A stretch of 64,000 bases of DNA from the human T2T-CHM13v2.0 reference genome, Homo sapiens. The stretch lies in NCBI RefSeq assembly GCF_009914755.1, contig NC_060930.1; one strand, given 5' to 3'. The position numbers and the translations under genes are program-made. Positions 26,577 through 41,830 of this stretch are shown piece after piece. The notes beneath the pieces are model-generated. The model ran no database searches. It saw only the letters and a list, made by a program, of their open reading frames with translations, and was not told the origin of the DNA. Numbering within the stretch: position 1 is the first letter of the stretch; every line of letters begins with the position of its first letter.

Positions 26577-26867
26577 CACATCTGTTTCCTTCAAGAGAGG
26601 TCGTGTTTCTCTTGGGGCTGGAGGCTGGAGGCCTCAGCCCAGGTGCCGAGGGGCCACCAGAAGACATGGGGCTAGTGCGGGGACCACCAGCGGTGGCAGC
26701 AGGACCACCCCCAAGGTGGCTGTCTCCAGAGTTCTGCCTCTTGCAGTACAGCGAGGAGGAGGGGTGCAAGGAGCCCCTGTGGTTAAAGGTGGAGGCGGAG
26801 GTGTCCACGCTGTAGCGGTTCATGCCCACAGGGTTCACCAGGTACTCTTCGGTGGTGACTGTCTTGA
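26577..26867 (-). CDS. SCML4: SCML4 coding exon, Ser/Gly/Pro-rich linker (VKTVTTEEYLVNPVGMNRY...LEGNRC), phase 1-1
   Basis: Acceptor cttattgcttAG|TC, donor TGTG|GTAATG; 291 nt; inside ORF 26545..26883. Confidence 0.95.
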
Positions 26868-27155
26868 CTAAGCAATAAGGCAATACAGAGAAGCAGATAT
26901 CAGAGAGCAGTTCAGGAAGCTATCAGACCCTCCGTCTTGGCAAACCCTGCCCTGCCAACACAGTAGCCAGTATTTGTGAGCATGCAGAGAGGAGAAATGA
27001 ACCCCACAACATAATTCCAAATAGCATACCTGTCAGCAGGCTGAGAGCTGCTTTGCCCACAGGAGCATATTGTAATAGGAATTAGGAGGTGTGCTCCTCG
27101 GTGCTTAGAGGAAAATTGATATTTTGGCCATTGATGACTTAATAAGCCCAAATCA

Positions 27156-27416
27156 GGCCAGGTGCAGTGGCTCCCGTCTGTAATCCCTGAACTTTGGGAG
27201 GCCAAGGCAGGTGGATCACCTGAGGTCTGGAGTTCAAGACCAGCCTGGCCAACATGATGAAACTCCATCTCTACTAAAAATACAAAAAATTAGCCGGATG
27301 TGGTGGCAGGCACCTGTAATCCCAGCTACTCAGGAGGCTGAGGCAGGAGAATCGCTTGAACCCGGGAGGCAGAGGTTGCAGAGCAAAACTCCATCTCAAA
27401 AAAAGAAAAAAAAAAG
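27156..27416 (+). mobile_element. Alu SINE (AluS) with right-arm deletion
   Basis: Alu consensus; aggttgcag|agcaaaactcc junction. Confidence 0.93.
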
Positions 27417-27855
27417 AGTAAGATCAAAGACTTTCTTCTGCAGTGGCTCTGCCCTCACAGTCTCTGCTGGCTTCTCAGAATCTCCCTGTACTCCCTGCTC
27501 TTGCTCACCCACCAGCACAGCCCCCCTCACCTGGCTCAGGACTCCTGGGAGAGATCAAGCAAGAGTCACAATGTCCCAGAGTCAGGAGAGACAACTGTGG
27601 CCTGGGTGGTGGCCCAGGTGCCACAGTGCTTTCTCCCCACACCTTTAATCCTGATACAAACACATGAGGGCAGCCATCCTCCGCCACGGCTAACAAGCAG
27701 GGATGCAAGTGCTGATCTGGATAGCCCCACAATCCTCCCCAAACCCTTCACAGGAGAGCTAAAGAGCCAAGCTAAAGTGCAGAGGGAGGAGAGGACTTAG
27801 AAAGTCTGCCAACCTCATCATCAGCGCCTCTTAAGTAAACCAGGACTTATCATAC

Positions 27856-28140
<285 letters not shown>

Positions 28141-29039
28141 TAAAGCTCAACATTGAGCCTGTTGAACTCCCTGTGAGCTACACCTGTGGCCGAATGGTGG
28201 GTTTTTTGTTTGTTTTATTATTTTTATGTGGAGTTTTTCTTTTGGGGGGTGGGGGAAGTCCAGAGAAATTACGGTGATAGAAAGAAGGAAACTATTCTAG
28301 TCCCTCCCACCAGGACAAGATCATGTCTACCTGTCCCCAGCAATAATTATCTGTATATTAGACACCATCAAAACAGATCTTGGTATGCCCAAAGAAAATG
28401 CAATCAGCAAAAATATGAAAAATAAAAACAAAACAAAACAACAACAACAACAAAAACCAATGGATCCTCCATGATTGGCAATGAAAAACAAATTTGAGGC
28501 CACAAGATCCAAATGTCTTCTCCATACATGGATTCTTCCACAATGTAGGAAGATTATTGAAGATTAAGACTTGATTTTATTAGGGAAGCTAGCAGATCTT
28601 CTCATAGTTGGGGATGGATGTGGAGCTTGACTAAAAATAAAAGTCTTTGAAGATGTGATACAGATAAGTAGTGGCTAGAGGTAAATTTACAGCTGTAAAT
28701 ACTTCTGTTAAAGGAAGAAAGATCTCAAATGAATAACCTAATCTTCTATCATAAGACACTGGAAAAAAAAGCAAAGAAGGAAATAATAAAGATTTGAGCA
28801 AAAATTAATTCAATAGAGAATTTTAAAAAACAATAGAAGAAATCAATAAAACCAAAAGCTTGTTCTTTGGAAAAAGAACCAACAAAATTGCAAGCCTTTA
28901 GCTACATTGACAAAAAAATAAACAAATAAAACGTAAAGAAGGAAAGAGAGATGATTCAAATTACTAGAATCAGAAATGAAAACCTGAAAGAGAGGAAATT
29001 ACTACCAACCTTACAGAAATTGAAAAAGATTGAGAAATA

Positions 29040-29403
29040 CAGATGCTTTTTGCTTACAATAGGGTTATATCCCAATAAATTTATCATAAGTTAAAAATAT
29101 CATAAGTTGAAAATGCATTTAGCATACATACTCTACCACACATTATAGTTTAGCCTAGCTGACCTCAAACATGCTCAGAACACTTACATTAGCCTACAGT
29201 TGGACAAAATCATCTAACACAAAGCCAATTTTATGATAAAGTATTGAATATCTCATGTAATTTACTGAATACTTACTGAAAGTGAAAAACAGAATTGTTG
29301 TATAGATACTTGAAGCATGGTTTTCAGTGAATGTGTATCACTTTCACACCACCATAAAGTGAAAAAAATCATTGTCAAACCATCTTAAGTAGGGAACCAT
29401 CTG
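29040..29403 (+). mobile_element. MER47A-like (Tigger family) DNA transposon nested in L1
   Basis: CAGATG...CATCTG terminal inverted repeats, TA on the left flank, 364 bp. Confidence 0.85.
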
Positions 29404-30782
29404 TTCTATAAACAGTTGTATGCCAGTAAATTAGATAACTTAGATAAAATGAACAAACTACTAAAACTGACTTAAGAAGAAAAAGACAATCTGAGTAGAC
29501 CTGTAAGAAGTAAAAAGATTGAATTAGTAATCAGAAAACTACCCACAAAGAAAGCCCAAGCCTGAATAACTTCACGGTTGAATTCTACCAAACATTTAAA
29601 GAAAAAATAATACTAATTCTTTACAAATTCTTCCAAAGAATAGAAGGGGGTGGAATACTTCCCAGCTTCTATGGCAAATACTTCTACGAAGCCAGGATTA
29701 CCCTCATACCAAAACCAGACAGACACATCATAAGAAAACTATAGACCAATATCTGGTATTCATATGAATGCAGAAATCCTCAACAAAAAACCTGGCAAAA
29801 CTGAACCCGGCAACATATAAAAAGATATATACACCATGACCAAGTAGGATTTATCCCAGGAATGCAAGCCTGATTTAACATTCCAAAATCAATTAATGTA
29901 ATACACCATATGGATAGAATAATAAAACAGAGATCACACAATCACCTCAACAGATGCAGAAAAACATTTGACAAAATCCAATACCCTTTTATGATAAAAT
30001 CACTCAACAAACTAGGGACAGAAGGGAATTTCCTCAATCTGACAAAGGGTATCTGCAAAGAACCAATAGGTAATATCATGGCTAATGGTCAAAGACTGGA
30101 TGCTGTCCCCCAAGATCAGGAACAAAAAGAGACGGTCCATTCCAGCTACTTCTATTAACATTGTACTAGAGGTTCCAGCCAGTGCAATTAGGTTAAGGAA
30201 AAGAAAAGCCATCTGGATTAGGAAGGAAGAAGTACAACTATCTCTTATGTGTACGAAATCCTAAGGAATCTACTTAAAAGACTGTTGGAACTAGTAAGTA
30301 GTTCAGCAAGGTTGTAGGATACAAGATCAATGTGCAAAAATCAATTGTATTTCTACACATTTGCAATTAACAATTAGAAAATAAAATTGAGAATAATTCC
30401 ATTTATAATAGTATGAAAAAGAATAAATAAAATAGGAATAACTTTAACAAAAGTTCAAACATACTCTGAAAACTACAAAACATTGTTGAAAGAAATTAAA
30501 GAAGATATAAATAAATGGAAAAAAAAATCTCATGTTCATAGATCAGAAGGCTTATTTTTAGGGTGGCAATTCCCCTCAAATTGATCTACAGATTCAGCAC
30601 AATCCCTGTCAGAATCTTCACTGATTTATTTGTAGAAAATAACGAGCTAATTCCAGAACTCATATGGAATTGCAAGGGACACAGAATAGCCAAAGCCATC
30701 ATGAAAACCAAAAACAAAGTAGAAGGCTCACACTTCCTGATTCCAAATTTAGTACAAAGCAACAATAATCAAGACAATGTGG

Positions 30783-31262
30783 GAGGTCATCATGTTAAAT
30801 GAAATAAGCCAGGCACAGAAAGACAAATATCACATGTTCTCACCCATATGTGGGAGCTAAAAAAGTGGATCTCATGAAGATAGGGAGTAGATTGGTGGTT
30901 ACCAGAGGCCAGGAAGGGCAGAGGTCAGTGAGGATGAGGAGAAGTTGATTAAAGTTACAAATATATGGTTTTATAGAAGAAATAAGACTTAGAGTTTGAG
31001 AAATCACTTGAGTGACTATAGTTTACAACAATCTATTAAACATTTGAAAATAGCTAGAAAAGAATAATTCAAATGGTTCTACAATAAAGACAAATATTTA
31101 AGGCGATGGATATCCCAAGTACACTGATTTGATCTTTACAAATTATATGAATGTAACAAATTATCACATGTACCCTAAAACTACATACATCTCTTATGCG
31201 TTGATTTAAAAATTTTTTAAAAAAATAAATAAATAAAGCCAATGTCATTGGAGAGGGAAAAA
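30783..31262 (+). mobile_element. 5'-truncated L1MA-like 3' end nested in the older L1
   Basis: L1MA-type 3' UTR and A-rich tail; 12-bp TSD aagaca(a/g)tgtgg at 30771-30782 and 31263-31274. Confidence 0.85.
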
Positions 31263-31675
31263 AAGACAGTGTGGTTCTGGCATTTGAATAGGTATACAGA
31301 TCAATGAAATATAATTCAGAATCCAGAAGTAAATCCATGTGTATATGTTCAGCTGATTTCCACAAGGGTGCCAAGACCATTCAATGGAAGAAAGGATAGT
31401 CTTTTCAACAAATGGTGCTGGGACAACTGGATATCCACATGTAAAAGACTAAAGGAAAGCCCTTACTCACACCATATACAAAAATTAACTCAAAATGAAT
31501 AAAAAATGTAAATGTAAGAGCAAAAATTATAAAACTCTTAGAAAGAAACATATGGGGTAAATGTTTGTGACCTTGGATTTGGCAAAATATTCTTAGATTT
31601 GACACCAAAAGCACAAGCAATAAAATAATAAAATAAATTAGACTTCATCAAAATTAAAAACTTTTGCACGTTTGC

Positions 31676-32106
<431 letters not shown>

Positions 32107-32125
32107 TTAAGAGTTATTCTAGCTC

Positions 32126-32435
<310 letters not shown>

Positions 32436-34127
32436 CTAGCTCAATAAAAAGACAACCCGATTTTAAAATGGATAAAGGACTTGAATAAACATTTCTTTAA
32501 AAAGATATACAAATGGCCAGTAGGCACATCAAAGCTGATCCACATCATGAGTCGAATCAAATCAAAACCACAATGAGTCACCACTTCACACCCACTAGGA
32601 AGGTGATAATCAAAGAGTCAGATAACAAGTGTTGGTGATACCATAGAGAAATTAGAACCCCCATACCCTGCTGGTAGGAATAGAAAATGGTGCAGCCACT
32701 TTGGGAAACAGCCTGGTACTTCCTCAAATGCTTAAAGTAGAATTACCATAAGAACCAGCAATTATACTCCTAGGTATGTACTAAAAAGAAATGAAAACAA
32801 ATGTCTACATAAAAATCTGTACATGAATGTTTACAGCAGCCCTATTCATAATAGCTAAAAAGTGGAAGAAACTCAAGTGGCTATCAACGAATGAATAAAA
32901 TTTAAGAATCTGTTATATCCATACAACAAAATATTATTTGTCCATAAAAAGGAATGAAGTACTGATATCTGTTACAGTGTGAATGATCCTTGAAACATTA
33001 TGCAAAGTAAAAGAATCCAGCCACAAGAGACCACATGTCAAATGATTCTTTTTATATAAAATGTCCAGGAAAGGCAAATCTATACAGACAAAAAGTAGAT
33101 TCGTGGTTGCTTAGGGATTGGGGTTGGGGTGTGGGGTGGGTAATAGCTAAAGGGTATGTGGGAGGTTTCTTTGAGGTGATGAAAGTATTCTACAATTGAC
33201 TGTGCTGATAGCTGCGCATATCTATGTACTAAAAGTCACTGAATGGTACCTTAAATGGTGAATTGTATGATATATGAATTATATCTCAATAAAGTTTTTT
33301 TTTAAAAGGCGTTTGCAGAAGTTCAGTGCTTTTCAGATGAGGCTATGAACATATTCTCAAGAATTACGTGCAGTCAAGTGTAACAAACACGGCGTTGGCC
33401 ACCAGGACACACATAACCTAAGCAGCCAAAGGGTCTGCATGCTCTGTGCCGAATGCTATGCAGCCAATGAAGTGCTGCGAGATGTCTTCAGGACCCTGGA
33501 ACGCTACATCTTTGCCTTGATGGCCTCGCTGCATCTCTTCCCTCTGGGTCAGAAGCCTTCGGAAGGGAGATTCTAAAAAGGACCTGGCTATGGAGCTATA
33601 TACTAGGCTGCTTTCTGAATGGAGTGAGGGAAAGGAAAACTCACGTGTATTGAACATCTACTATCTACTATCTACGATCTAAAGCCAGTAAGCAGTAAGG
33701 CTGCCATTATATTCCTTTTGTTGGAAAGTTCTCATAGTCTGGGATACCAATCCTTTTTGTGTCCCACATGTCAGGTGCTTTGGTATATGTGAGGAAGCTA
33801 CATGCAGTATCTGGCATGATGCCTGGAATAGAGGAAGTGCTTGATAAATATTTATTGAGTAAACATTTGAGCCAATGTTAGCTGTAAGGCTGCCGTTACA
33901 CAGAAGACTCATTAAAATTGATATTATAAAGAGCTTATATATAAATTCTTTAGGTAGATTTGTGATAAACAATGAAAAAAGATTTAACAAAAACAGTACA
34001 CTGCTTATTGAACACTTTAAGTCTAAATTAAATATGCCTACATAGTTCTGATAGTCTAAGGTAGAGAATGCAGATAATTCACTGACTGGCACTATAGTTG
34101 GAAAATACAGACGCAGATGGCAGATCA

Positions 34128-34497
<370 letters not shown>

Positions 34498-35001
34498 TTA
34501 TAAAGAAAGAAACTACTGATGCCCGTGGGTGAGATCAAAGGTAATAAAAGCTAACCTCTGGGCTGTGATCCAAATGAATTATCAGAAGGGAAAATAGGCT
34601 TCGGAGGGCATCAAGCAATACCTTCTACCCAGGCAAAGGATGTGCTGGTGGTTCCAAAGTCTGCCCAGGTGGACAACTGTCAAGACAAATCAACCAAGCC
34701 CCAGATGTGGCTCTGTAAAGTGGCTCCTGGGTGGCCGCGAGTGAACAGCACGTTCAGATGCACACACTGTGGTGGCTTCCAGAATTGATGAAATGGATCT
34801 GTTCAAACCCGATTGAAACTGCATTTTCCGCACTTTTCTATAGAGGGGTTCTGATACATCATAGCTAAGCGTAAAAGTGACAGATGCATTGATGGCCCTC
34901 ATCATTCGGTGGCAGGAAGGAAAAGGACCTTCACAAGCACCCAGCCCAGCATTTCCCCAAATGTTAAATGCTTTCCACTGGCGGGACAGGGAACCACATG
35001 G

Positions 35002-35443
35002 GTATATTCATTTCCTAGGATTGCAGAAACTAACAAACCGGGTGGTTTAAAACGACAGAAATTTATTCTGCCATAGTTCTGGAGCCTACCAGTCTGAAAT
35101 CAAGGTGTCCACAGGGCCAGGCTCCCTCTCAGGACTCTAGGGGAGAATCCCTCCTGGCCTCTTTCTAGCATCCCCTGGTGGCCAACAATCTTTGGAGTTC
35201 CTTGGCTGGAGACAGCGCTCCAATCTCTGCCTCCACTGTGGTGTTTTCTCTGTGTGTCACGATCTGTGTCCAAATTTCCTTCTTCTTCTAAGGACACCAG
35301 TCATGGGATTAGAGCCCTAATTCAGTATGACTTCCCTTTCACTTGATTACATCTGCAAAGATCCTATTTCCAAATAAGATCCCATTTCCAAAAAGGGTTC
35401 CAGATACCCGAGAATTTGAACATACACGATTCAGCCTACGACA
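35002..35443 (-). mobile_element. MaLR solo LTR (MLT1C-like)
   Basis: acagaaatttattct..cagttctggag...gattacatctgcaaaga.cctatttccaaataag, MLT1 in reverse. Confidence 0.8.
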
Positions 35444-38400
35444 ACCAGTAAATGTTTTTTTATTGTCATGTATTTCAATGTACATCCACGACATATAATT
35501 AGCACATCAAACAAAATGATTTCACTGATACAGTATGATTGCTTAAGCTGACTAATGGCTAAGATTAAAAGACATGAGTTAATGTAAAGGAATATCTTGA
35601 GTAGACAGTTCTATAAGTGTTACTCAGACACAGTAGAAATTGTGAAGGTGGTAAATTAATATTTGGAATGCATTGAGCTAGCCCCAACCTATCTCTTCAG
35701 GCAGGGTGTTGTCTAGAAAAGAAACTATGGTAGATAACTGAGTCTTTTATTTGAAAGCTTCCCCAAAGAGATTTTACAATCTCCTTTAGAGTGAGGCCAT
35801 TGTGCTATGAATCTCATTGCCTAAAAGTTCCTCCTTACATCTAGCCTCAATTCTTCTTGCTTCAGTTAAAACACATGACTGCTGGACATGTACCCTTTAC
35901 ACTATCCAACATGTTAGGTCACCTCAACATCCAACATGAGGCAGATGAATTCTAGGTATGCAGAACTACTAGGAGCTTAAGAATTTAATTGAACTGTGAC
36001 ATATGTTTCTTACCTAAATCCAATATTTAAAGTCAGTAAAAAGAAAGGACCAAGTCTGTATCTGGAGAGGGAACCCCCACTTTTCAAGCGCTTTTGTGGC
36101 TGACTGGTGAGCAAACACCAGATGGGGCCAGCCGACCTGTTGGAGGATCTAACTCCTGCACACAGAGTCCCGGCAGACCGTAGGGCTCACAGGCGAAGGC
36201 ACTCATGGTCGAAATTTCCTCCTGTGTCCATACAAAATCCTTTTCCATCTGAAAGAAGCTGTCTTGTCACCCTGGCACTGCTCATCAACAAGAGGCTCCA
36301 ACCCAGCCTGTGTGAGGCCATTTAATTGCAGTGGAGAATGCCAGCTTAACAAAGCAAGGTAAATGAGTGGCTTTTTACTCACTTCTGTAACCCTCTGCAT
36401 CCAGCCAAGAGACTAATGTTGCCATTTAAGAATCATTAAATCTTTTCCTCCAGAAAAAAAGAATGATCTGCCTTTTGCACAGTCACGAGAGCATGCTTAA
36501 ATAGAAAGGAAAACACACACGTGGCCCCATCAAAGAAATCTGCCACATTTTCAAGGTTTGGCGTCCTGGGAGCTTTCAGGACAGACTGATGGTCCTTTTT
36601 CACCATCGCTAAACCTGCTTGTGGACTATGGTTCCCTCCAGCCACTGTGTATAAAGCCTGCCTATTAGTGAGGCCAAAGAACACTCTAGAAGCATGTAAA
36701 CCCACTCAAGCCTCAAGGCATACCTGTTTGCATATGAACCTGAACTGTGCCTAAGCCTTCCGGTTTAGGGATCAAAGCTTCAGGGTTCTGAGTCCAGAGT
36801 GTGTGGATTCCTCCCTTGCTCCCTGATCCTTGCTGAAGCCTGGGGTGGAGATAGGGTTAGGTAATGCCCCTGCATTCATGGCTTCCAGGACACCCAGGTG
36901 CAGCCCATTTCTGCTACAGTCCTGGAGGGTCAGGTGTGAGCCCCTGAAATGTAGAGAACCTCCAAAGAGAGAAGCAGAAAGAGGAAGAGGTGCAGGAGAA
37001 AGCCACGAGCCAGAGAGAGAAAGAGAAAGTCCCAAAACAGAGCGGCAGGGAGGGGAAAACGGACCTTATGTATAAAACTATAGATGCTCCTGACCAAGTG
37101 TCAGCTCTCCTCACTTAGGACACAAGGCTTAACTGCTTACAGCCCAGTGGGCTCGGACTATTGATTTTATTTTTAAAAACTAAACTGGCATTTTACCTGG
37201 ATTCACTAACCAAATGAAGTCCTGAAACACAACAATTCCACTATGCAAAATTATTCTCACATAATACCTATTAAGGCAATAAGAACCACAACATCTAGTC
37301 TTAGACACTATTTGTCATCTCTAAACAGTTCTGCCTGTTTGTCTTTCTCTCTCTCTCTCACCCCCCACTTCCCGCATCAGTCTTCCCAGTTGAGGGAGCA
37401 GCTGCAGAGTGAGCCCTTTCCACAATCAGCACGACCACCTTCCTCCAGACTGGGAGCCCTGGCCTTGCTCAGGATTGATTGCCTGACCCCTTTGCCGGTC
37501 TGCCCAGCCCTGCCGACCCCCACACCCTGCCCAGGCAATGGTCAGTGTCCTGTGGCCTCCGTGTGTGAACAGTTTGGTTCGGCTTGCTGACAGAGATGGC
37601 AACATCAGAGATTCCTAGCCCTGAAACCCAGATTAGAAAAGGCAGGAGTGCAGTTCGCAGATTTGTAGAGCTGTGGAGCAGCTACCCCTCTTTGCTTAGC
37701 CAGGTGCCATCACCTAGATAGTACAGGAAAAGGAGACCTGCGAGGAGAGGGGCAGGAGGGAGAAGGCGCAGGAAGCAGTAGCAGGTGCTCGTGCCAGCTG
37801 CACCTCTTTTACTCAGAGCCCAGACACAGGTGCTTCGGTGCCTACCTTGGTGGTTGTGTCTCTGCCACCCGGCAGCCTCTCCCACTCTCCTCTGGGGGAC
37901 CGCCGGTTTCCAGCACGTGCTTGGTGCTGTGGGATGCAGAGGGGCCTTCTGCTGTGAATCTCTAACGGACTTCCTGGTGACCAAAACCTGAAGGTTTCCT
38001 CTCCTGCCTGCAGCCTTTCACTGAGGCTCCTGTGGAGGTTTGCAGATTTTCTTTTCTCAAACTCAGTCCCGCCCCTTGTTCTTGCAGATAAGGGAGTTTT
38101 CCCTTAGGGCCCTCTGTGGCCTCCTGGCCCAGCCTTTCTGGTTCAAAGGGCACAGGGCCATACTACCTATGAGGCTGAGCATTTCATTTGCTTCAATTAA
38201 ATTTTCCATTAACTTGGTCTCTGGCCAGTATGGATTTTCTCTCTAAGGTTGTCTCTGCAGTTCAGATCACTCAGCCCTGAGAATCAACCTTATGACTCCC
38301 CTCTGGTCCATTTAAGTACATTTCTATTTTTTCTCCCCTAATGAGATGCACAGCAACCGACCATAATTTTAATGCCTGACACCTGAACTTCTTACATCCT

Positions 38401-38829
38401 CTCAGATGTTTCTGGTTTGCCTAAGACTTTGTTCTAAGCCTAGGGGTTGATTTCCTCCTTTGGAAATTTTGACCAAAGGCATTTTTGACCAAAGTCATCT
38501 GTTTGGGATAATGAATGGCCTTTCTGTGCTCTCGGGAGGAGAGCAGGTTCCATACCACCCTCCATATGATCTCGCAGCTTTGCCAAACCTCCACGCCAAG
38601 CTTATGAGAATTCCCGAGAGCTGGGGGAGGCGAAGTGGGTGGGACATCCTGTGGTCACGCTGTTTCCTCCACAGCCCCCACAATTTTTTGGTCTTTCATA
38701 GAACCTTGGGGAAATTAAAAGTGGTCCTTAATCAGGAAAATGCTGAAGTTCCTGGAATAGAGGACGCCTTGTAAGTTTCCTTTCTAAATGGACATCTCGA
38801 CTTTGAGAGAGGTTCACAGCACTCCTAGC

Positions 38830-39125
38830 ATTGCTCACTCTGGTGGAGCAAGTTGCTGTGCTGTGAGATGCTCTGCAAAGGGACCCATCTGGCAACAAAC
38901 CAACAGCTCATTGGAAACTCAGTCCTGCTGACAACCATGTGAAAAAGCTGGAAAAGTGGGTCCTGCCCTAGTTGAGGTTTGAGATGCAGCCTTGTGAGAG
39001 ATTCAGAACCAGAAGGCCTGTGGCTGCACCTGGTCCCCTGACCCACAGAAGCTGTGAGACCCTAAATGTTATTTTAAGCCCCTAAGTGTTGGGGGTAATT
39101 TATGACACAGCAAAAGATAACTATT
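38830..39125 (+). mobile_element. MaLR LTR 3' part (MLT1E/F-like)
   Basis: cctgacccacagaagctgtgag...ttttaagcccctaagt...gtaatttatgacacagcaaaagataacta MLT1 end. Confidence 0.7.
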
Positions 39126-40731
39126 GTGGACAGAAGAAAGGAAGCCGTTTCATTCCTCTTGATTCTGCATGTCCAGATTGGAAGTTGTCATTATTAACTC
39201 AGCAGTAGCTAGGATAGATCTGGTACAGAGTATCTGCCCACTTCTCTGCCAGGGAGTTTATGTTTGTTTGTTGTAGTTTTTTTCAGCAAAGGGTTTGTTG
39301 CTTATGAATGAAACACAGAAAGCACCACTATTAGGAGAGAGTTCATGAAGTTCATCTTAGAAGCCTACTGGTTTCCTAAGCTGCTTCAGCTCCTCTTGGC
39401 ATGGTTTGCCATTCTAACCCTAGTTCTCAAGCATGGACAACAGATAATGGTGTGAGTAGCCTGCAGATAGCAGTACCTTAGGGTCCGCCACAGGGGCTCA
39501 GGGTTGTGGTCCAGGGGAATAACCAGAAGGGGTCTCTAATACAACCTGTGCAGGTCCTGGAGGCCTCGAATGGCTGCATCTCACATACCCTGTCCCTTTG
39601 TTTCCACCAGTCCTTGTGCTTCCACTGTTCTGAGGTATAATCAGAGAACTTGGTTTCCAACCCCTTGGATCTACTTAGATGCCTGGCCCATCTCCCGGAC
39701 CTACTCTTCTGTCAGAGGCAGGAGCCTCTTTGGACAGGCTCACCAGAAACAGAACATCTTCTGCAGTGGACACAGACACAACTATTTGATAGAGAGGCTG
39801 GGAGACCCCCGGCCATCTGGCCAGCTCTAATGGCTCACGGAGAATCGAGGAGTGGGGGCGCCACATGAGGGACTGTTCGCCTCATGGAACACAGGAGATT
39901 TCCAGTAGATTTTGTTATTTGAGGAGTGGGCATAGGGTAGAGGTAGGGGTGTCTTTCAGAGGATTCCTGGGGTCAGCCTTCTAGGAAGAAGGAGTCCATT
40001 TGGCCTCTTTTTTTCAGGCTTTTTATCTCCTCCACACCCCGAAACAGTAGAAAGCCTGCAAGGGGTTTACCACCAGCATCATTCTACTCCTCAAGTCTCA
40101 GGTGCTGGCATCTTTAATCCACAAAATAAATTGTGATTTAGACAAGAAGAGTGTTCACTTCTTTTGTTTGTTTGTTTGAATACAGTTACTTTCTACCGAA
40201 ATTTTATCAAAGGGGTCAACGTGACTCAATATTACTCTAGTTCATATTGAAGATACCTTGGGCGATTAAAACAACTTAATTGGAACATTCATTCATTGGT
40301 TAATAGTTATGGAGTAAATAACTTCCTCGGTATCTACAGGACATGAGAGAGAACCTGAGCCTTACAATGCAAAGGGATCCAATCAACTGCTGGACATAAT
40401 AGAGAATCCATTTTAAATTCTACGAAATGCAGGCTTTTCTCTGGAGGCACCTTCTTTAAAAAAGAGATTACATTTTTCCCTTTTAGTTCAATATTTTAAA
40501 ATATGTACAGATATCATAATTTAATGAAAGATATCACTGAAAATATAAAGCTTTTCCTAAATGAATTTACGTAGGCACATGGGGAGAGTTAGGATGAGGA
40601 CTCCTACCCTGGAGAACACTCCCTATTCCATGGTGTAAGGGTTCTAGCTTGGCCTCTATGGCCCTAAGTGTCAGGAAAAATATGAAGGCTTTTGTATTTT
40701 CTACAAAACTGATGGACACTTTTTAGTTTCT

Positions 40732-41047
40732 TTTTGTTGTTGTTGTTGTTATTGTTGTGGTTTTTGAGAAGGAATCATGCTCTGTCACCTAGGCTGGAAT
40801 GCAGTGGCACAATCTCAGCTCACAGCAACCTCCACCTCCTGGGTTCAAGAAATTCTCCTCCCTCAGCCTCCCGAGTAACTGTGATTACAGGCATCCACCA
40901 GCACACCTGGCTAAGTTTTGTATTTTTAGTAGAGACACGGTTTCACCATGTTGGCCAGGCTGGTTTCAAACTCCTGGCCTCAAGCAGTCCACCCACCTCG
41001 GCCTCCCAAAGTGCTGGGATTACAGGCGTGAGCCACCGAGCTCAGCC
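40732..41047 (-). mobile_element. Alu SINE (AluJ/S) with (TTG)n tail
   Basis: Antisense full Alu. Confidence 0.93.
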
Positions 41048-41344
41048 TCTTTTTCAACCTTTTCATCAAAACCTTCTGCAAGGATTCTTAAGACCAGAGC
41101 TTGTCAATAGTTTATTCTCCTTCCAAATGACCTCCTTTCCAATGCTCAGCTTGAGAATGAGACAGCTCATTTGTCCATGTGGCCCTTGGCTGTGACAAAC
41201 ACAGCTCCACAATGTTCCAGTCATGTGGCCTGCACTGGGACACAAGCAGGTGCAAAGGCATCTGCAGGAACGCACCTCCCTTCATTCCTTTCCTTTCTTT
41301 CTGTTTTTGAGGGCGGGGGGATTCCAGTTCTGGTTTTTTTTCTT

Positions 41345-41830
<486 letters not shown>

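Noticed and set aside
26417-26871. Plus-strand ORFs over the linker exon (also 52613..52912 and 55603..55818)
   Set aside because: Antisense shadows of GC-rich SCML4 coding exons.
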